Assembly: GCA_963823335.1 (NCBI GenBank)
Contig: CAWGLD010000001.1
Coordinates: 864,001-928,000 of the forward strand
Reading direction: 5' to 3'
DNA from: an uncultured delta proteobacterium
GTDB taxonomy: Bacteria; Desulfobacterota; Desulfobacteria; Desulfobacterales; B30-G6
Length of the DNA stretch: 64,000 nucleotides
Below, piece after piece: positions 19,377 to 32,012 of the stretch. Position 1 is the first letter of the stretch. Each line of letters begins with the position of its first letter. The notes beneath the pieces were generated by a model. The model searched no databases. It worked only from the letters and a program-made list of their open reading frames with translations, and had not been told where the DNA came from. A program made the translations under genes and the position numbers.

Positions 19377-19646
19377 TTATAAGCTTCCCGACCGGATGCG
19401 ACCTAGAGCTGCTTCGATGGGTTGCGGGTCGATTTGCCGCATGAGGGCACCGATATGCCTGATCTGCCTGCGTCGGGCACCATGGCTCTTTATTGTACGT
19501 GCAAATTCGATAGCCTCTATAAGTTCATCCGGTAGATCCACCATCTCAAGCTGGCCGGGATTCAAGGATACCAGCTGTTCCCCCAAGCGCTGCAGGGCTT
19601 GATCTTCTTTTTTTTTCTGGGTTCTGCTTTTATACTCCGTCTCCAT
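19377..19646 (-). CDS. yjgA: DarP/YjgA (DUF615) ribosome-associated protein, C-terminally short (89 aa)
   Basis: 'KSRTQKKKEDQALQRLGEQLV', 'HGARRRQIRHIGALMR'; stops before the usual C-terminal helices. Confidence 0.75.
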   Translation of the reverse strand: METEYKSRTQKKKEDQALQRLGEQLVSLNPGQLEMVDLPDELIEAIEFARTIKSHGARRRQIRHIGALMRQIDPQPIEAALGRIRSGSL

Positions 19647-19898
19647 AACAGCTACGCTTTTCCTTTGGTGATGCATCGAGTTTATGCCCATGCAGGAAAG
19701 GCTTTTCCCACAATTCAGTTGATTTTACACCAAAACTCTTGCACTAATATTATCCCAAGAACAACATTACTACTGCAAACAGGTTCAAATGATCAAGCAT
19801 TCTTTCACTTGCTCTCTCCAGCTCGGATTGAACTGAACCTAATGAAACAGGATACCAGCGGATAGGGTTGCAAACCCTGTAAGAAAAGGCATCAAGCC

Positions 19899-21041
19899 GT
19901 GACATATCAGTATCAGAAGGACAACCAATATTTTGCCCAGGTAGCCGACGGCTTGAAAGAAGCCGGCGTAGAGGAACTGGCTGATCTCGGCGCAGAAGAT
20001 GTCCGGCCGGACTATAGTGGCATTCATTTCAAGGCCAAGAAATCCACCCTGTATCGAATCAATTATCTTACCAGGCTTCTTTCACGCTGCCTCGCGCCGT
20101 TGATAACCTATGACTGTCCTGATACGGACATGCTGTATCAGAAGGCCAAACAGATCGCGTGGGAAGATTTTTTTTCGCAAGGCAATACCTTTGCCATATC
20201 GGGGTCTGTTTCGGACAGTGAAATTTCACATTCAAAATTCGCTGCCCTACGCCTGAAAGATGCCATAGCCGATTATTTTAAAGAAAAAACAGGTCAGCGT
20301 CCGGATGTGTCGGTAAGAAATCCAGACGTCTTGCTGAACCTTCATATCAGGAAAGATAGGGCCGTCATAAGTCTGGACACGTCAGGCGGCGCACTTCACC
20401 GGCGAGGATACCGGGAAGAGGTTGTTTCGGCACCCATGCAGGAAACCCTTGCGGCTGCGATTATCCGATTCAGCAAATGGAGCGGTTCTGCTCCTCTCTA
20501 CGATCCCTTGTGTGGCTCGGGAACGCTTCTGTGTGAAGCGCTCATGCAATATTGCCACATCCCCGCAGGTATTTTCAGACAGCACTTCGGTTTTGAATCC
20601 CTGCCCGACTTTGATGGGTCCGTCTGGAATCAGGTTAAAAAGGAGGCCGACGAACAGATCCGGGAACTACCCAAAAAACTGCTTGCAGGCAGTGATGTGT
20701 CCCTGGACGCTGTCAGAGCCGCACGGACAAACCTGATGGGCCTCCATTTCGGGAACAGGGTGACCATTGAACGGCTAGACTTCCAAAAACTGCCGGCCTT
20801 TAAAGAGCACGTCATTGTAGCCAATCCACCCTACGGCATCCGGATGGGTGGAGACCGGAACCTTGACCTGTTTTACAAAAATTTCGGCGATTTTCTGAAA
20901 CAGAAATGCAAGGGCTCCACCGCTTTTGTCTTTTTCGGAGATCGGAAATATATCAAAAAAATCGGGTTGAAAGCATCCTGGAAACAGCCGATCAAGGCCG
21001 GCGGGCTTGACGGAAGACTGGTCAAATATGAGATGTACTGA
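19899..21041 (+). CDS. THUMP-domain SAM-dependent RNA methyltransferase (RlmL N-terminal-like)
   Basis: 'LDTSGGALHRRGYR', 'APMQETLAAA', 'DPLCGSGT', 'NPPYG'. Confidence 0.88.
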   Translation: MTYQYQKDNQYFAQVADGLKEAGVEELADLGAEDVRPDYSGIHFKAKKSTLYRINYLTRLLSRCLAPLITYDCPDTDMLYQKAKQIAWEDFFSQGNTFAISGSVSDSEISHSKFAALRLKDAIADYFKEKTGQRPDVSVRNPDVLLNLHIRKDRAVISLDTSGGALHRRGYREEVVSAPMQETLAAAIIRFSKWSGSAPLYDPLCGSGTLLCEALMQYCHIPAGIFRQHFGFESLPDFDGSVWNQVKKEADEQIRELPKKLLAGSDVSLDAVRAARTNLMGLHFGNRVTIERLDFQKLPAFKEHVIVANPPYGIRMGGDRNLDLFYKNFGDFLKQKCKGSTAFVFFGDRKYIKKIGLKASWKQPIKAGGLDGRLVKYEMY

Positions 21042-21053
21042 AAAGGAAAAGAT

Positions 21054-21995
21054 ATGCTCAAACAGGTTCAGGCAGCAAAAAAAAGATTGAAAGGCTATGC
21101 CCATGTAACACCCGTCATGACGTCCCGGACGCTAAACCGGTTGGTCAAGGCAGAGGTGTTTTTCAAATGCGAGAATTTTCAGCGGATCGGTGCATTCAAA
21201 TTTCGCGGCGCATTCAACAGTATCAGCCAGCTTTCCGAAGCGGAAAAAGCACGCGGTGTCCTTACCTATTCTTCAGGAAATCACGCCCAGGCGGTCGCGT
21301 TGGTGGGTCAAATGATGAATATCCAAACAACCATCGTCATGCCGGACAACGCACCTGCAACCAAGCGGGCCGCTACAAAAGATTACGGTGCAACCATCGT
21401 GATATACGATCCTGAAAAAGAATCCCGAGAGGATCTTGCCAAAGAGCTAGAAGAACAAAACGGATTTACCATGATCCCTCCGTATGACCACACGCAGGTC
21501 ATCGCCGGTCAGGGGACTGCCGCTTTGGAACTGTTTGAAGAGGTCGGTCCTCTCGACATGCTGCTGGTCCCATGTGGCGGCGGCGGATTGTTGAGCGGTT
21601 CCGCTATTGCCGCCAAAGGCATGTCACCGGACTGCAGCGTCATGGGCATCGAACCGGAACTTGCAGACGACGCCACCAAATCTTTTCACACAAAAAAACT
21701 TCACCGGGTTAACAACCCCCCCACCATTGCTGACGGAACCCGTACCCCTTCATTGGGAAAACTTACTTTCCCGCTGGTGCTTGAGTATGTGGACGATATG
21801 AAAACAGTTTCAGAAAAAGCTATTGTCGATGCGGTTAAATTTTTGTTTTACCGAATGAAACTGGTAGTTGAACCATCAGGCGCCCTCGGGCTGGCAGCCC
21901 TGCTGAGTCTGTCTGTGATACCAAACGGCCGGGTGGGGGTCATCTTAAGCGGCGGCAACATAGATGCCGACACAATGATAACCATTTTAAAATGA
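21054..21995 (+). CDS. PLP-dependent Ser/Thr dehydratase family (hydroxyaspartate ammonia-lyase-like)
   Basis: 'KCENFQRIGAFKFRGA', 'SSGNHAQ', 'GGGGLLSG', 'ILSGGN'. Confidence 0.88.
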   Translation: MLKQVQAAKKRLKGYAHVTPVMTSRTLNRLVKAEVFFKCENFQRIGAFKFRGAFNSISQLSEAEKARGVLTYSSGNHAQAVALVGQMMNIQTTIVMPDNAPATKRAATKDYGATIVIYDPEKESREDLAKELEEQNGFTMIPPYDHTQVIAGQGTAALELFEEVGPLDMLLVPCGGGGLLSGSAIAAKGMSPDCSVMGIEPELADDATKSFHTKKLHRVNNPPTIADGTRTPSLGKLTFPLVLEYVDDMKTVSEKAIVDAVKFLFYRMKLVVEPSGALGLAALLSLSVIPNGRVGVILSGGNIDADTMITILK

Positions 21996-22900
21996 CGATT
22001 ACCGCCATCATTCTCCTTCTGATATCCGCTTTTCTTCACGCCGGATGGAATTTCATCGGCAAACGAAACGCTCCGGAAATATCGGCATTTCTTGTTGCCA
22101 ACGTTGTGGGCGTACTCTGCCTGGCACCATTTCCCGTGTTATACCCTGAGGTGATCGGCTCATTTTCGACAAAGTCCTGGGTCTTTGTGATCGGGGCCGG
22201 TTTCTGCCAGGCCATATACTACATCTCTCTTGCCGGGGCCTATCGCAGCGGAGACATGTCCATCGCCTATCCCATTGCCCGGTCTTCGCCGGTAATTGTC
22301 GTAACGGTGGTCAGCTTGCTTATCGGCAGGGGCGATCAGGTAAGTCTGCAATGCATTGCCGGCATCGCCCTGGTGGTGGGGGGCGGCTTTTTTCTTCCCA
22401 TGCGAAGATTTAATGATTTTCGTTTGGAAAACTATCTCAATCTTTCCTGTCTGTTAGCCCTGGCGGCTGCATTTGCAACCACCGGATATTCTCTTTTCGA
22501 CGACGAAGCGCTTCGGCTTCTCAGACAAACACCACCGGCTTCGCTGGCTGTCTGGCAGATAACGGCCGTGTATGCCTTTTTTGAAGCTCTGACAACATTG
22601 ATGTGGCTGGGGTTCATTTTTTTCTGTCACAAACGCCAGCGAACCCTTTTTCCCTCGCAAATCTATAAACATTTCGGTTACGGCACGGTAATGGGACTGG
22701 CTATTTATCTGACGTATACACTGGTACTGATCAGTATGGGATTCGTTCAGAATGTCAGTTATGTCGTGGCCTTCCGCCAGATCAGTATCCCCATGGGGGT
22801 CCTGATGGGTGTTCTGCTCCTGAAAGAATCTGGCCACCGGCCAAAATTCGTGGGCGTTATTATCATGTTTACGGGACTTGTCCTTGTGGGCACGGGATGA
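21992..22900 (+). CDS. EamA/DMT family transporter
   Basis: 'SAFLHAGWN', 'AYRSGDMSIAYPIARSSP', 'SYVVAFRQ'. Confidence 0.88.
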   Translation: MTITAIILLLISAFLHAGWNFIGKRNAPEISAFLVANVVGVLCLAPFPVLYPEVIGSFSTKSWVFVIGAGFCQAIYYISLAGAYRSGDMSIAYPIARSSPVIVVTVVSLLIGRGDQVSLQCIAGIALVVGGGFFLPMRRFNDFRLENYLNLSCLLALAAAFATTGYSLFDDEALRLLRQTPPASLAVWQITAVYAFFEALTTLMWLGFIFFCHKRQRTLFPSQIYKHFGYGTVMGLAIYLTYTLVLISMGFVQNVSYVVAFRQISIPMGVLMGVLLLKESGHRPKFVGVIIMFTGLVLVGTG

Positions 22901-23060
22901 TTGACCTGTGCATGATTCTCCAGCTCGGATGATTTATGCACCTGAAATGACGTCACGTCTTGAAGAATGAACCAGAGCTTGATATCTAAAATGAGCATCA
23001 TCCGTTTCTGGAAGGCTTTTTCCTTAATTTATCAGAACGGCAAGCAAAACGGAAATTTTT

Positions 23061-23849
23061 ATGAATCATACAATAGAACTGCTATCAGCCCGTAAATCAG
23101 TTCGTGCATACAAGCAAAAAGAAATCAACAAGAAGGTCAAGGATGCGATTTTTGCCGCGACGCTGCGGGCCCCCACGGCAGGAAATATGATGCTCTACTC
23201 CATTATAGAGGTTACGGATCAGGACATAAAAGACCAATTGGTAAAAACCTGTGACAATCAGCCGTTTATCGCCAAAGCCCCATTTGTTTTGCTTTTCCTG
23301 GCGGACTACCAGCGCTGGTTTGATTATTTCCTCCTGTCAGGCGTGCAACAACTTTGCGAGCAAAAGGGAACTGCCATGCGAAAACCAAAAGAGGGGGATC
23401 TTTTTCTGGCCTGCTGCGATGCCCTCATTGCTGCACAAACAGCTGTCATCGCTGCGGAATCATTGGGAATCGGTTCCTGCTACATTGGCGATATCATGGA
23501 AAACTACGAAACGCACAAGACGCTATTTGAACTGCCAGAGTATGTGTTTCCCATAACCATGGTCTGTTTCGGATACCCCACCCGGCAGCAAAGGGATAGG
23601 GCATTGACCCAACGATTTGATAAAAAATACATCATCTTTGAGAACCACTACAGACGATTTGAAAAAGAGGCCTTTAACGAAATGGTTTGCAAACGCCAGA
23701 CCCAGATGTTTGGCACCCGTGAAGAGATAAAAGGTGCCCGGAATGTTGGACAGATGATGTATCAACGGAAATTCGACGCAGATTTTGCTCATGAAATGAA
23801 CCGTTCGGTACAAGCCATGCTGCAGGCCTGGGTGAAAGAGAAGCCATGA
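23061..23849 (+). CDS. Nitroreductase (NfsA/Frp-like)
   Basis: 'RKSVRAY', 'RAPTAGNM', 'QPFIAKAP', 'AAESLGIGSCYIG'. Confidence 0.88.
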   Translation: MNHTIELLSARKSVRAYKQKEINKKVKDAIFAATLRAPTAGNMMLYSIIEVTDQDIKDQLVKTCDNQPFIAKAPFVLLFLADYQRWFDYFLLSGVQQLCEQKGTAMRKPKEGDLFLACCDALIAAQTAVIAAESLGIGSCYIGDIMENYETHKTLFELPEYVFPITMVCFGYPTRQQRDRALTQRFDKKYIIFENHYRRFEKEAFNEMVCKRQTQMFGTREEIKGARNVGQMMYQRKFDADFAHEMNRSVQAMLQAWVKEKP

Positions 23850-23885
23850 AAACAATCAGTTAAACAGAATAAGGAGACACCCGTC

Positions 23886-24416
23886 GTGCGGTCAGTTCAA
23901 CATATCTCTCAAAAAGAAATCATTGACCTCCTGGGTAAGTGCTGGATGACACATGACGGCATGTGGTTTTTTCATTGCTTGCAGGAATTTGGCATTACGG
24001 CAACCAATAAAATCAACAAATCCGCTATTCAATCATTGGCTTCAATCGAAATAAAACGTATCATGCATATTCTGGAAATTGAAAAAAATATTGAAAATTT
24101 CGACGAATTCAAGTTGTTTTTCACGCAAGCTTCCAAATTGATGGTCCCTGATTTTATGAATGTTTCATTCAGTTTTCCTGAACAAAACAGAATGACCTGG
24201 ACATTTCGTCAGGGAAAATGCTTTGCCTATGAAGGCATTAAAAGACTGGGCGCCATTGACACATATGAGTGCGGTGTCCTGTTCAGAATCAAATGCTGGT
24301 TGGAAGCTCTTGAAATTGACAGCAGATTTGACCCCGAGATCGACAAGTGCAACATGCATTTCACTGGGAAATGCTCTGGGAAAATCTGTTTGTTTGAAGC
24401 AAATTGCGGTTCATAA
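23886..24416 (+). CDS. DUF6125-like hypothetical protein (Cys-containing)
   Basis: 'KCWMTHDGMWF' and spaced Cys residues; GTG start with RBS. Confidence 0.6.
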   Translation: MRSVQHISQKEIIDLLGKCWMTHDGMWFFHCLQEFGITATNKINKSAIQSLASIEIKRIMHILEIEKNIENFDEFKLFFTQASKLMVPDFMNVSFSFPEQNRMTWTFRQGKCFAYEGIKRLGAIDTYECGVLFRIKCWLEALEIDSRFDPEIDKCNMHFTGKCSGKICLFEANCGS

Positions 24417-24436
24417 ACGATACGAAAGGAGGCGAC

Positions 24437-24985
24437 ATGTACTTCGAAAAACCTGGACGCGACAACACAGACAAAACCATCGAACTGGCTTATGCCCGGG
24501 CCAAGACCCTGGGCATCGATGAGGTGGTGGTGGCCTCTTCAAAAGGGTACACGGCTCACAAGGTGCTTGATGTATTTAAAGGCTTCAAAGTGGTGGTGGT
24601 CACCTACCACAACGGATTTAAAGAACCTTTTAAATCTGTCATGCCGGCATCGGTTCGCATGGATCTGGAGAAAAGCGGTGCCACCGTGATATCTGCCACC
24701 CATGCGCTCTCAGGGGTGGAGCGTTCTCTTTTCAATAAATATTCCGGTGCTTACCCGGTTCTAATTATCGCAGACACCCTTCGATTGTTCGGCCAGGGAA
24801 TCAAAGTGGCGGTGGAGGTTGCCATCATGGCCACCGATGGGGGTGCCCTTTCCGGAAAAGACATCGTCTCCATCGGCGGCACCGGAAAAGGCGCGGATGC
24901 TGCACTTATCTTGAAACCGGCCAATCAGTCGCATCTTTTTGAAATGCGCGTCCGGGAGGTGGTTTGTAAACCGAGTGCGTTTTAA
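24437..24985 (+). CDS. Stand-alone pyruvate kinase alpha/beta (PK_C) domain protein
   Basis: 'YFEKPG..NT', 'VVASSKG.TA', 'THALSGVER', 'FGQGIKV..E..MATDGG', 'GGTGKGADAA'. Confidence 0.8.
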   Translation: MYFEKPGRDNTDKTIELAYARAKTLGIDEVVVASSKGYTAHKVLDVFKGFKVVVVTYHNGFKEPFKSVMPASVRMDLEKSGATVISATHALSGVERSLFNKYSGAYPVLIIADTLRLFGQGIKVAVEVAIMATDGGALSGKDIVSIGGTGKGADAALILKPANQSHLFEMRVREVVCKPSAF

Positions 24986-25018
24986 TGTTGGGTCCTGATA
25001 CTTCGTTGTAATAACATT

Positions 25019-25135
25019 CGTCACCATCGCGCAGGCACGTCCCAATTGACAACCCTGGATTCTCGCCTGTGCGGCGGGGTAACAATACGTCATCCCGGCC
25101 CAGTTTCACAAAAGTGGGACGCAAGCCGGGAGAGT
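25019..25135. repeat. Degenerate REP-like palindromes
   Basis: 'cgtca..cgcgcaggc...ctggattctcgcctgtgcg' and 'cccggc...gccggg' hairpins. Confidence 0.45.
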
Positions 25136-25174
25136 GATTTTAAAATTCTGCCCCTTCTGAGGAGAACCGGCTCA

Positions 25175-25705
25175 TTGATAAAGACAGTTTTCCCAACCCC
25201 GCAAAACACGCCTCTCGATCCGCCTTTTGACTGCCGGCGTCACGTGGTGCTGGTCTCACCCGACATCCACTGGAATACCGGCAACATCGGCCGAACCTGT
25301 CTCGGTACCGGAACGATGCTGCATCTCATCAAACCCCTTGGCTTTTCCTTGGATAGTCGATGGGTCAAACGGGCCGGTCTGGATTACTGGCAACATGTCG
25401 ATCTGAAAATCTGGCCTGATTTCCAGACCTTTATTAATACCATGGCCCCTGAAACAAATGAAATATTCCTTTTCAGCAAAAGCGGTGCAATACCCTTCTG
25501 GTCCATGCCGGTGATGAAAAGAATGTTTCTCGTGTTCGGCTCTGAAACCAAAGGACTTCCCCGGTCCATTCTCCACACCTATTCCAACGCTGTCTATCAT
25601 ATTCCCATCACAGGCCACATCCGTTCCCTGAACCTCTCTTCGGCCGTCGGCATCGTATTGTATGAAACCCTGCGCTCTTTTTGGGCCTACCAGCAAGACT
25701 GCTGA
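25175..25705 (+). CDS. trmL: tRNA (cytidine/uridine-34-2'-O)-methyltransferase
   Basis: 'PDIHWNTGNIGRTC', 'KPLGF', 'KRAGLDYW', 'FGSETKGLP', 'RSLNLS'; TTG start after GAGGAG. Confidence 0.88.
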   Translation: MIKTVFPTPQNTPLDPPFDCRRHVVLVSPDIHWNTGNIGRTCLGTGTMLHLIKPLGFSLDSRWVKRAGLDYWQHVDLKIWPDFQTFINTMAPETNEIFLFSKSGAIPFWSMPVMKRMFLVFGSETKGLPRSILHTYSNAVYHIPITGHIRSLNLSSAVGIVLYETLRSFWAYQQDC

Positions 25706-25771
25706 CCTGTTTCTCCGTACCCTTTTAATTCGATATATTTGATGAATTTTTGGAGGCAGGTCAGGAGCTGT

Positions 25772-25799
25772 TTGACATAAAATGGCACGTGCTTATATT
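25772..25799 (+). promoter_or_regulatory. Possible sigma70 promoter for clpB
   Basis: TTGACA-N16-TATATT. Confidence 0.35.
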
Positions 25800-25960
25800 A
25801 TTCCTGTGAATTTGAGATCTTATACATATTATATCAAATAGTTAATTGATTTTTACCGCTTCTCAACAAGCCCTGGCAAATCCTGTTTGAGACTACTTAC
25901 CGGACTTTTTGAATAGCTAATTTTTTAAGACCCGGTACCCATTAAACTGTGGAGGAACAT

Positions 25961-28543
<2,583 letters not shown>

Positions 28544-28698
28544 CAATTCATCTCTTCAGCATAGGCTGTGAACTGGAACATATCTATAGCAATGATAATA
28601 AAATCGTTCCCCGATTTTATTATTGATATATTCAGCGACTCATCATACGGTTGCAGGACATCAAAAAATATAATCATTGCAATACGGTCAAAACATAT

Positions 28699-29703
28699 AT
28701 GCTTTTAACAACAAAAGATAAGGTCGACCAGTTCTACAAGCAATTCACCTCCGATGACCGGGTGCTCGTCCTGATCAATGCGGACCCGGATGCCATTGGA
28801 AGCGCCATGGCCGTCAAGCGTCTTTTGTGGCGAAAAGTGAACAACATCACCATTTCCAATATAAATATCATCGATCGACCGGATAACTGCGCCATGGTGG
28901 AGCTTCTGGGTGTCAATCTCACCTATATCAAGAATCTGGATGAAAAACGCTTTAATCGGATTGTCATGGTGGATTCGCAGCCATCCCACAATGTATTGTA
29001 TGAAAAATTCACCATCGATCTGATCATCGACCACCATCCCGATATGGGTAGCAAAACCGCTTTTCAGGATATTCGACCTAAATATGGCGCCACGGCCAGT
29101 ATCATGACGGAATATTTAAGAGCTGCAGGAATCAAACCCGCCACCAAACTCGCCACGGCCTTGCTGCTGGGTATTAAAAACGATACTGATAATTTTGAAC
29201 AGCACACACTGGTTGAAGACGTACGATCCTTTCAATACCTGTTCCGCAATGCCAATAAGCACCTGGTCAGGAAAATCGAACAATCCGAAATCAAACTGGA
29301 TTATTTGAAATTTTTCAAAAAGGCGCTTGATAACAGGCGTGTCCACAAAGGAAAGGTCTTTGCTTTCCTGGGACCGGTGCCCAATCCCGATATCTCTGTT
29401 CTCATTGCGGATTTCTTTTTAAGAATCAGCTCCATCAAATGGAGTATCGTGGCCGGATATCACCAGAAAAAACTGGTTATCATATTCAGAAGCGATGGTA
29501 TACGTAAGAATGCCGGGAAAATTGCAGAACAGGGATTCGCTGAATTCGGATCTGCCGGTGGGCGCAAAGCCATGGCACGGGCTGAAATCGACCTCTCCCG
29601 ACTGAGACCCCTCATCGATCATAAAGATGACAGCAAGGTCGTTCGCTGGATCATGAGCCAGCTCAAAACCAACAAGACAACCCCTTCCGACACAAAGAAA
29701 TGA
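28699..29703 (+). CDS. DHH/DHHA1 family phosphoesterase (NrnA-like)
   Basis: 'ADPDAIGS', 'MVDS', 'IDHH', 'GATAS', 'DT.NF', 'GSAGG'. Confidence 0.85.
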   Translation: MLLTTKDKVDQFYKQFTSDDRVLVLINADPDAIGSAMAVKRLLWRKVNNITISNINIIDRPDNCAMVELLGVNLTYIKNLDEKRFNRIVMVDSQPSHNVLYEKFTIDLIIDHHPDMGSKTAFQDIRPKYGATASIMTEYLRAAGIKPATKLATALLLGIKNDTDNFEQHTLVEDVRSFQYLFRNANKHLVRKIEQSEIKLDYLKFFKKALDNRRVHKGKVFAFLGPVPNPDISVLIADFFLRISSIKWSIVAGYHQKKLVIIFRSDGIRKNAGKIAEQGFAEFGSAGGRKAMARAEIDLSRLRPLIDHKDDSKVVRWIMSQLKTNKTTPSDTKK

Positions 29704-30473
29704 AACCGGCATCTGTAACCATAATCGGTTCCGGCACATGTGTGCCGTCACTGAAGCGCAGTTCATGTGCCGTTCTCATGGAACTCGGTGAAACCAAACT
29801 TCTTTTTGATTCCGGGCCGGGCACCATGCATCGCCTTTTAAGCGCCGGCATCGAAATATTTGATATCGATTTTATTTTTTACAGCCATTTTCACCCGGAT
29901 CACACAGGCGAACTGGTGCCCTTGATCTTTGCCACCAAATATCCGGACGGCAGCAGACGGAACACATTGCTGACCATCGCTGGGGGCGACGGATTTCTCA
30001 ATTTTATCAATAAACTGAAAGCCGTGTACGGGGACTGGCTGGAACTGCCCAACGTCATGCTGCGCTTTCTCGAACTCGACAGCAACGGGCCGGACAGCCG
30101 ACATTTTTCCTCTTTTGCGGTGGAAACAATGCCCATGAATCACCAGGCAGAAAGTCTTGGATACCGCATCACCGATTCCAACGGCAAATCAATTGTCTAT
30201 TCAGGAGATACCGACACCACTGAAAACCTGGTTTCTCTTGCCACAGGGGCCGATCTTCTCATCTGCGAATCGGCAATGCCGGATACCTTGAAAGTCCCGG
30301 GGCACCTGACACCCTCCCTGGCCGGTGACATGGCAACACGTGCCAATGTAAAAAAACTGGTACTGACGCATTTGTACCCGGAATGCGACCGGTTCGATAT
30401 AGCGTCCCAGTGCCGTAAGACATACCAGGGGCCTCTTGTGATTGCGGAAGATTTATTGAAGATAGAGATTTGA
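29700..30473 (+). CDS. MBL-fold hydrolase, RNase Z/BN-like
   Basis: 'IIGSG', 'FDSGPG', 'SHFHPDH', 'YSGDT', 'LVLTHLYP'. Confidence 0.85.
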   Translation: MKPASVTIIGSGTCVPSLKRSSCAVLMELGETKLLFDSGPGTMHRLLSAGIEIFDIDFIFYSHFHPDHTGELVPLIFATKYPDGSRRNTLLTIAGGDGFLNFINKLKAVYGDWLELPNVMLRFLELDSNGPDSRHFSSFAVETMPMNHQAESLGYRITDSNGKSIVYSGDTDTTENLVSLATGADLLICESAMPDTLKVPGHLTPSLAGDMATRANVKKLVLTHLYPECDRFDIASQCRKTYQGPLVIAEDLLKIEI

Positions 30474-31162
30474 AATATTATCCCATTTTTCTGGACATAA
30501 AAGGACGTAACTGTCTGGTGGTCGGTGGCGGCGATGTGGGCACTCGAAAGGTCGAGACGCTCCTCGAATGCGGTGCCTCGGTCACGGTCGTGAGCATCGA
30601 TGCCACCGAAAGGCTGAAACAGCTATCCGGAAATCAACGTATTACCCTTGTTTTGCGTGCTTACAGGTCTTCCGATCTGGACAGCAAGTTTCTCGTCATT
30701 GGTGCTACCAATGATGAGAAACTGAATCAACAGCTCAGCATGGATGCAGAAAAACATAAGCTGTTATGTAACATAGCCGACAGACCTGCGGCCTGTAATT
30801 TTATCCTCCCGGCCATCGTTCAGCAAGGTGACCTGGTCATGGCGATCTCTACCTCGGGAAAAAGTCCGGCTTTTGCAAAAAAACTGCGTAAAGATCTTGA
30901 AAAACAATTCGGTGAAGCATATGCAATCTTCTTGGATTTAATGGGCGCCATTCGAGGACGTCTTCTCCTGGAAAAACATGCACCGGAGCAACACAAACCC
31001 CTTTTTCAAAAAATCATTCACAGTGACATTGTTTTGTGGATCGAAAATCGCAACATGGAAGACATCGATCGTCTGCTGCTCGACGTGCTGGGTCCCGGTT
31101 ATACTGTTGACGAATTATTGAAACCCGATTTCAGACATAACGCAACAAAGGGTGCCAAATGA
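30470..31162 (+). CDS. Precorrin-2 dehydrogenase/sirohydrochlorin ferrochelatase (SirC/Met8p)
   Basis: 'VVGGGDVG.RK', 'CNIAD', 'ISTSGKSP'. Confidence 0.9.
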   Translation: MKYYPIFLDIKGRNCLVVGGGDVGTRKVETLLECGASVTVVSIDATERLKQLSGNQRITLVLRAYRSSDLDSKFLVIGATNDEKLNQQLSMDAEKHKLLCNIADRPAACNFILPAIVQQGDLVMAISTSGKSPAFAKKLRKDLEKQFGEAYAIFLDLMGAIRGRLLLEKHAPEQHKPLFQKIIHSDIVLWIENRNMEDIDRLLLDVLGPGYTVDELLKPDFRHNATKGAK

Positions 31163-31980
31163 ACCCACTGAGCCACATGGTTGCCTTTATCTATATCCTG
31201 AGTGCCATCGGATATGTTGTATATCTTATACGCCAGGGCGCCTTCTGGTACCGGAGCGGTTTTTACCTCCTTATTGCCGGATGCTTGCTGCATACGGGCG
31301 TCATTGCTTATGGTACTCTCCGGGCCGGCCATCTTCCGGTACACAACCTGCGGGATACTCTCTCCATGGTTGCCTGGGCCATAGCCGCCCTCTATATCGT
31401 TGTTCAAACTCGCTATCACCTCAAGATATTGGGTGCATTTGCATCCCCCCTGGCTGCAGTGGTCATGGGCATCAGTACACAACTGACAACCACCGTGATG
31501 GAAGCACCGGTTGTTTTCAACAGTATCTGGCTATATTTTCATATTATTACAGTTTTTATAGGTGATGCCGCCTTTGCCCTGGCGTTTGGTGTCGGAATTT
31601 TTTACCTGGTTCAAGAGCAAGCCATCAAGACCAAAACACAAGGTTTTTTTTATCGGCGTCTGCCTTCGCTCGAATTTATCGATACCACCGGATATGCCTG
31701 CATAGTGGTCGGATTTACCCTGCTGACCATGGGTCTCATCACCGGTTTTGCCTATGCAAAGACGGCCTGGGGACATTTCTGGAGCGGGGATCCCAAAGAA
31801 ATCTGGTCCGGGATCGCCTGGCTGTTGTATGCTGCCTTGATGCACGGCCGCCTCAGTCTGGGCTGGCGCGGTAGAAAGTCGGCCATCATGGCAATCATCG
31901 GCTTTGCAGTGCTCATGTTCACTTTTTTTGGGGTTAATTTTTTTCTGAAGGGACACCACGGTGAATTCACCCGCTGGTAG
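31159..31980 (+). CDS. ccsA: Cytochrome c biogenesis protein CcsA-like (HemX-like)
   Basis: Membrane protein with WWD-like 'WGHFWSGDPKEIW', 'GWRGRK'; lies between sirC and hemA. Confidence 0.85.
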   Translation: MNPLSHMVAFIYILSAIGYVVYLIRQGAFWYRSGFYLLIAGCLLHTGVIAYGTLRAGHLPVHNLRDTLSMVAWAIAALYIVVQTRYHLKILGAFASPLAAVVMGISTQLTTTVMEAPVVFNSIWLYFHIITVFIGDAAFALAFGVGIFYLVQEQAIKTKTQGFFYRRLPSLEFIDTTGYACIVVGFTLLTMGLITGFAYAKTAWGHFWSGDPKEIWSGIAWLLYAALMHGRLSLGWRGRKSAIMAIIGFAVLMFTFFGVNFFLKGHHGEFTRW

Positions 31981-32012
31981 GCCGCGCAACGGCTAACGGT
32001 TTAATGTAAGAC

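Noticed and set aside
25091-25135. 'aaagtgggacgcaagcc' resembling part of a c-di-GMP-I riboswitch
   Set aside because: The GGCAAACC/GNRA stem and the second stem are missing; the cccggc/gccggg hairpin fits a REP-like repeat better.
25706-25960. CIRCE, HAIR or sigma54 site upstream of clpB
   Set aside because: No TTAGCACTC-N9-GAGTGCTAA or CTTGAGT-N7-ACTCAAG; TGGCACG lacks the -12 TTGC.
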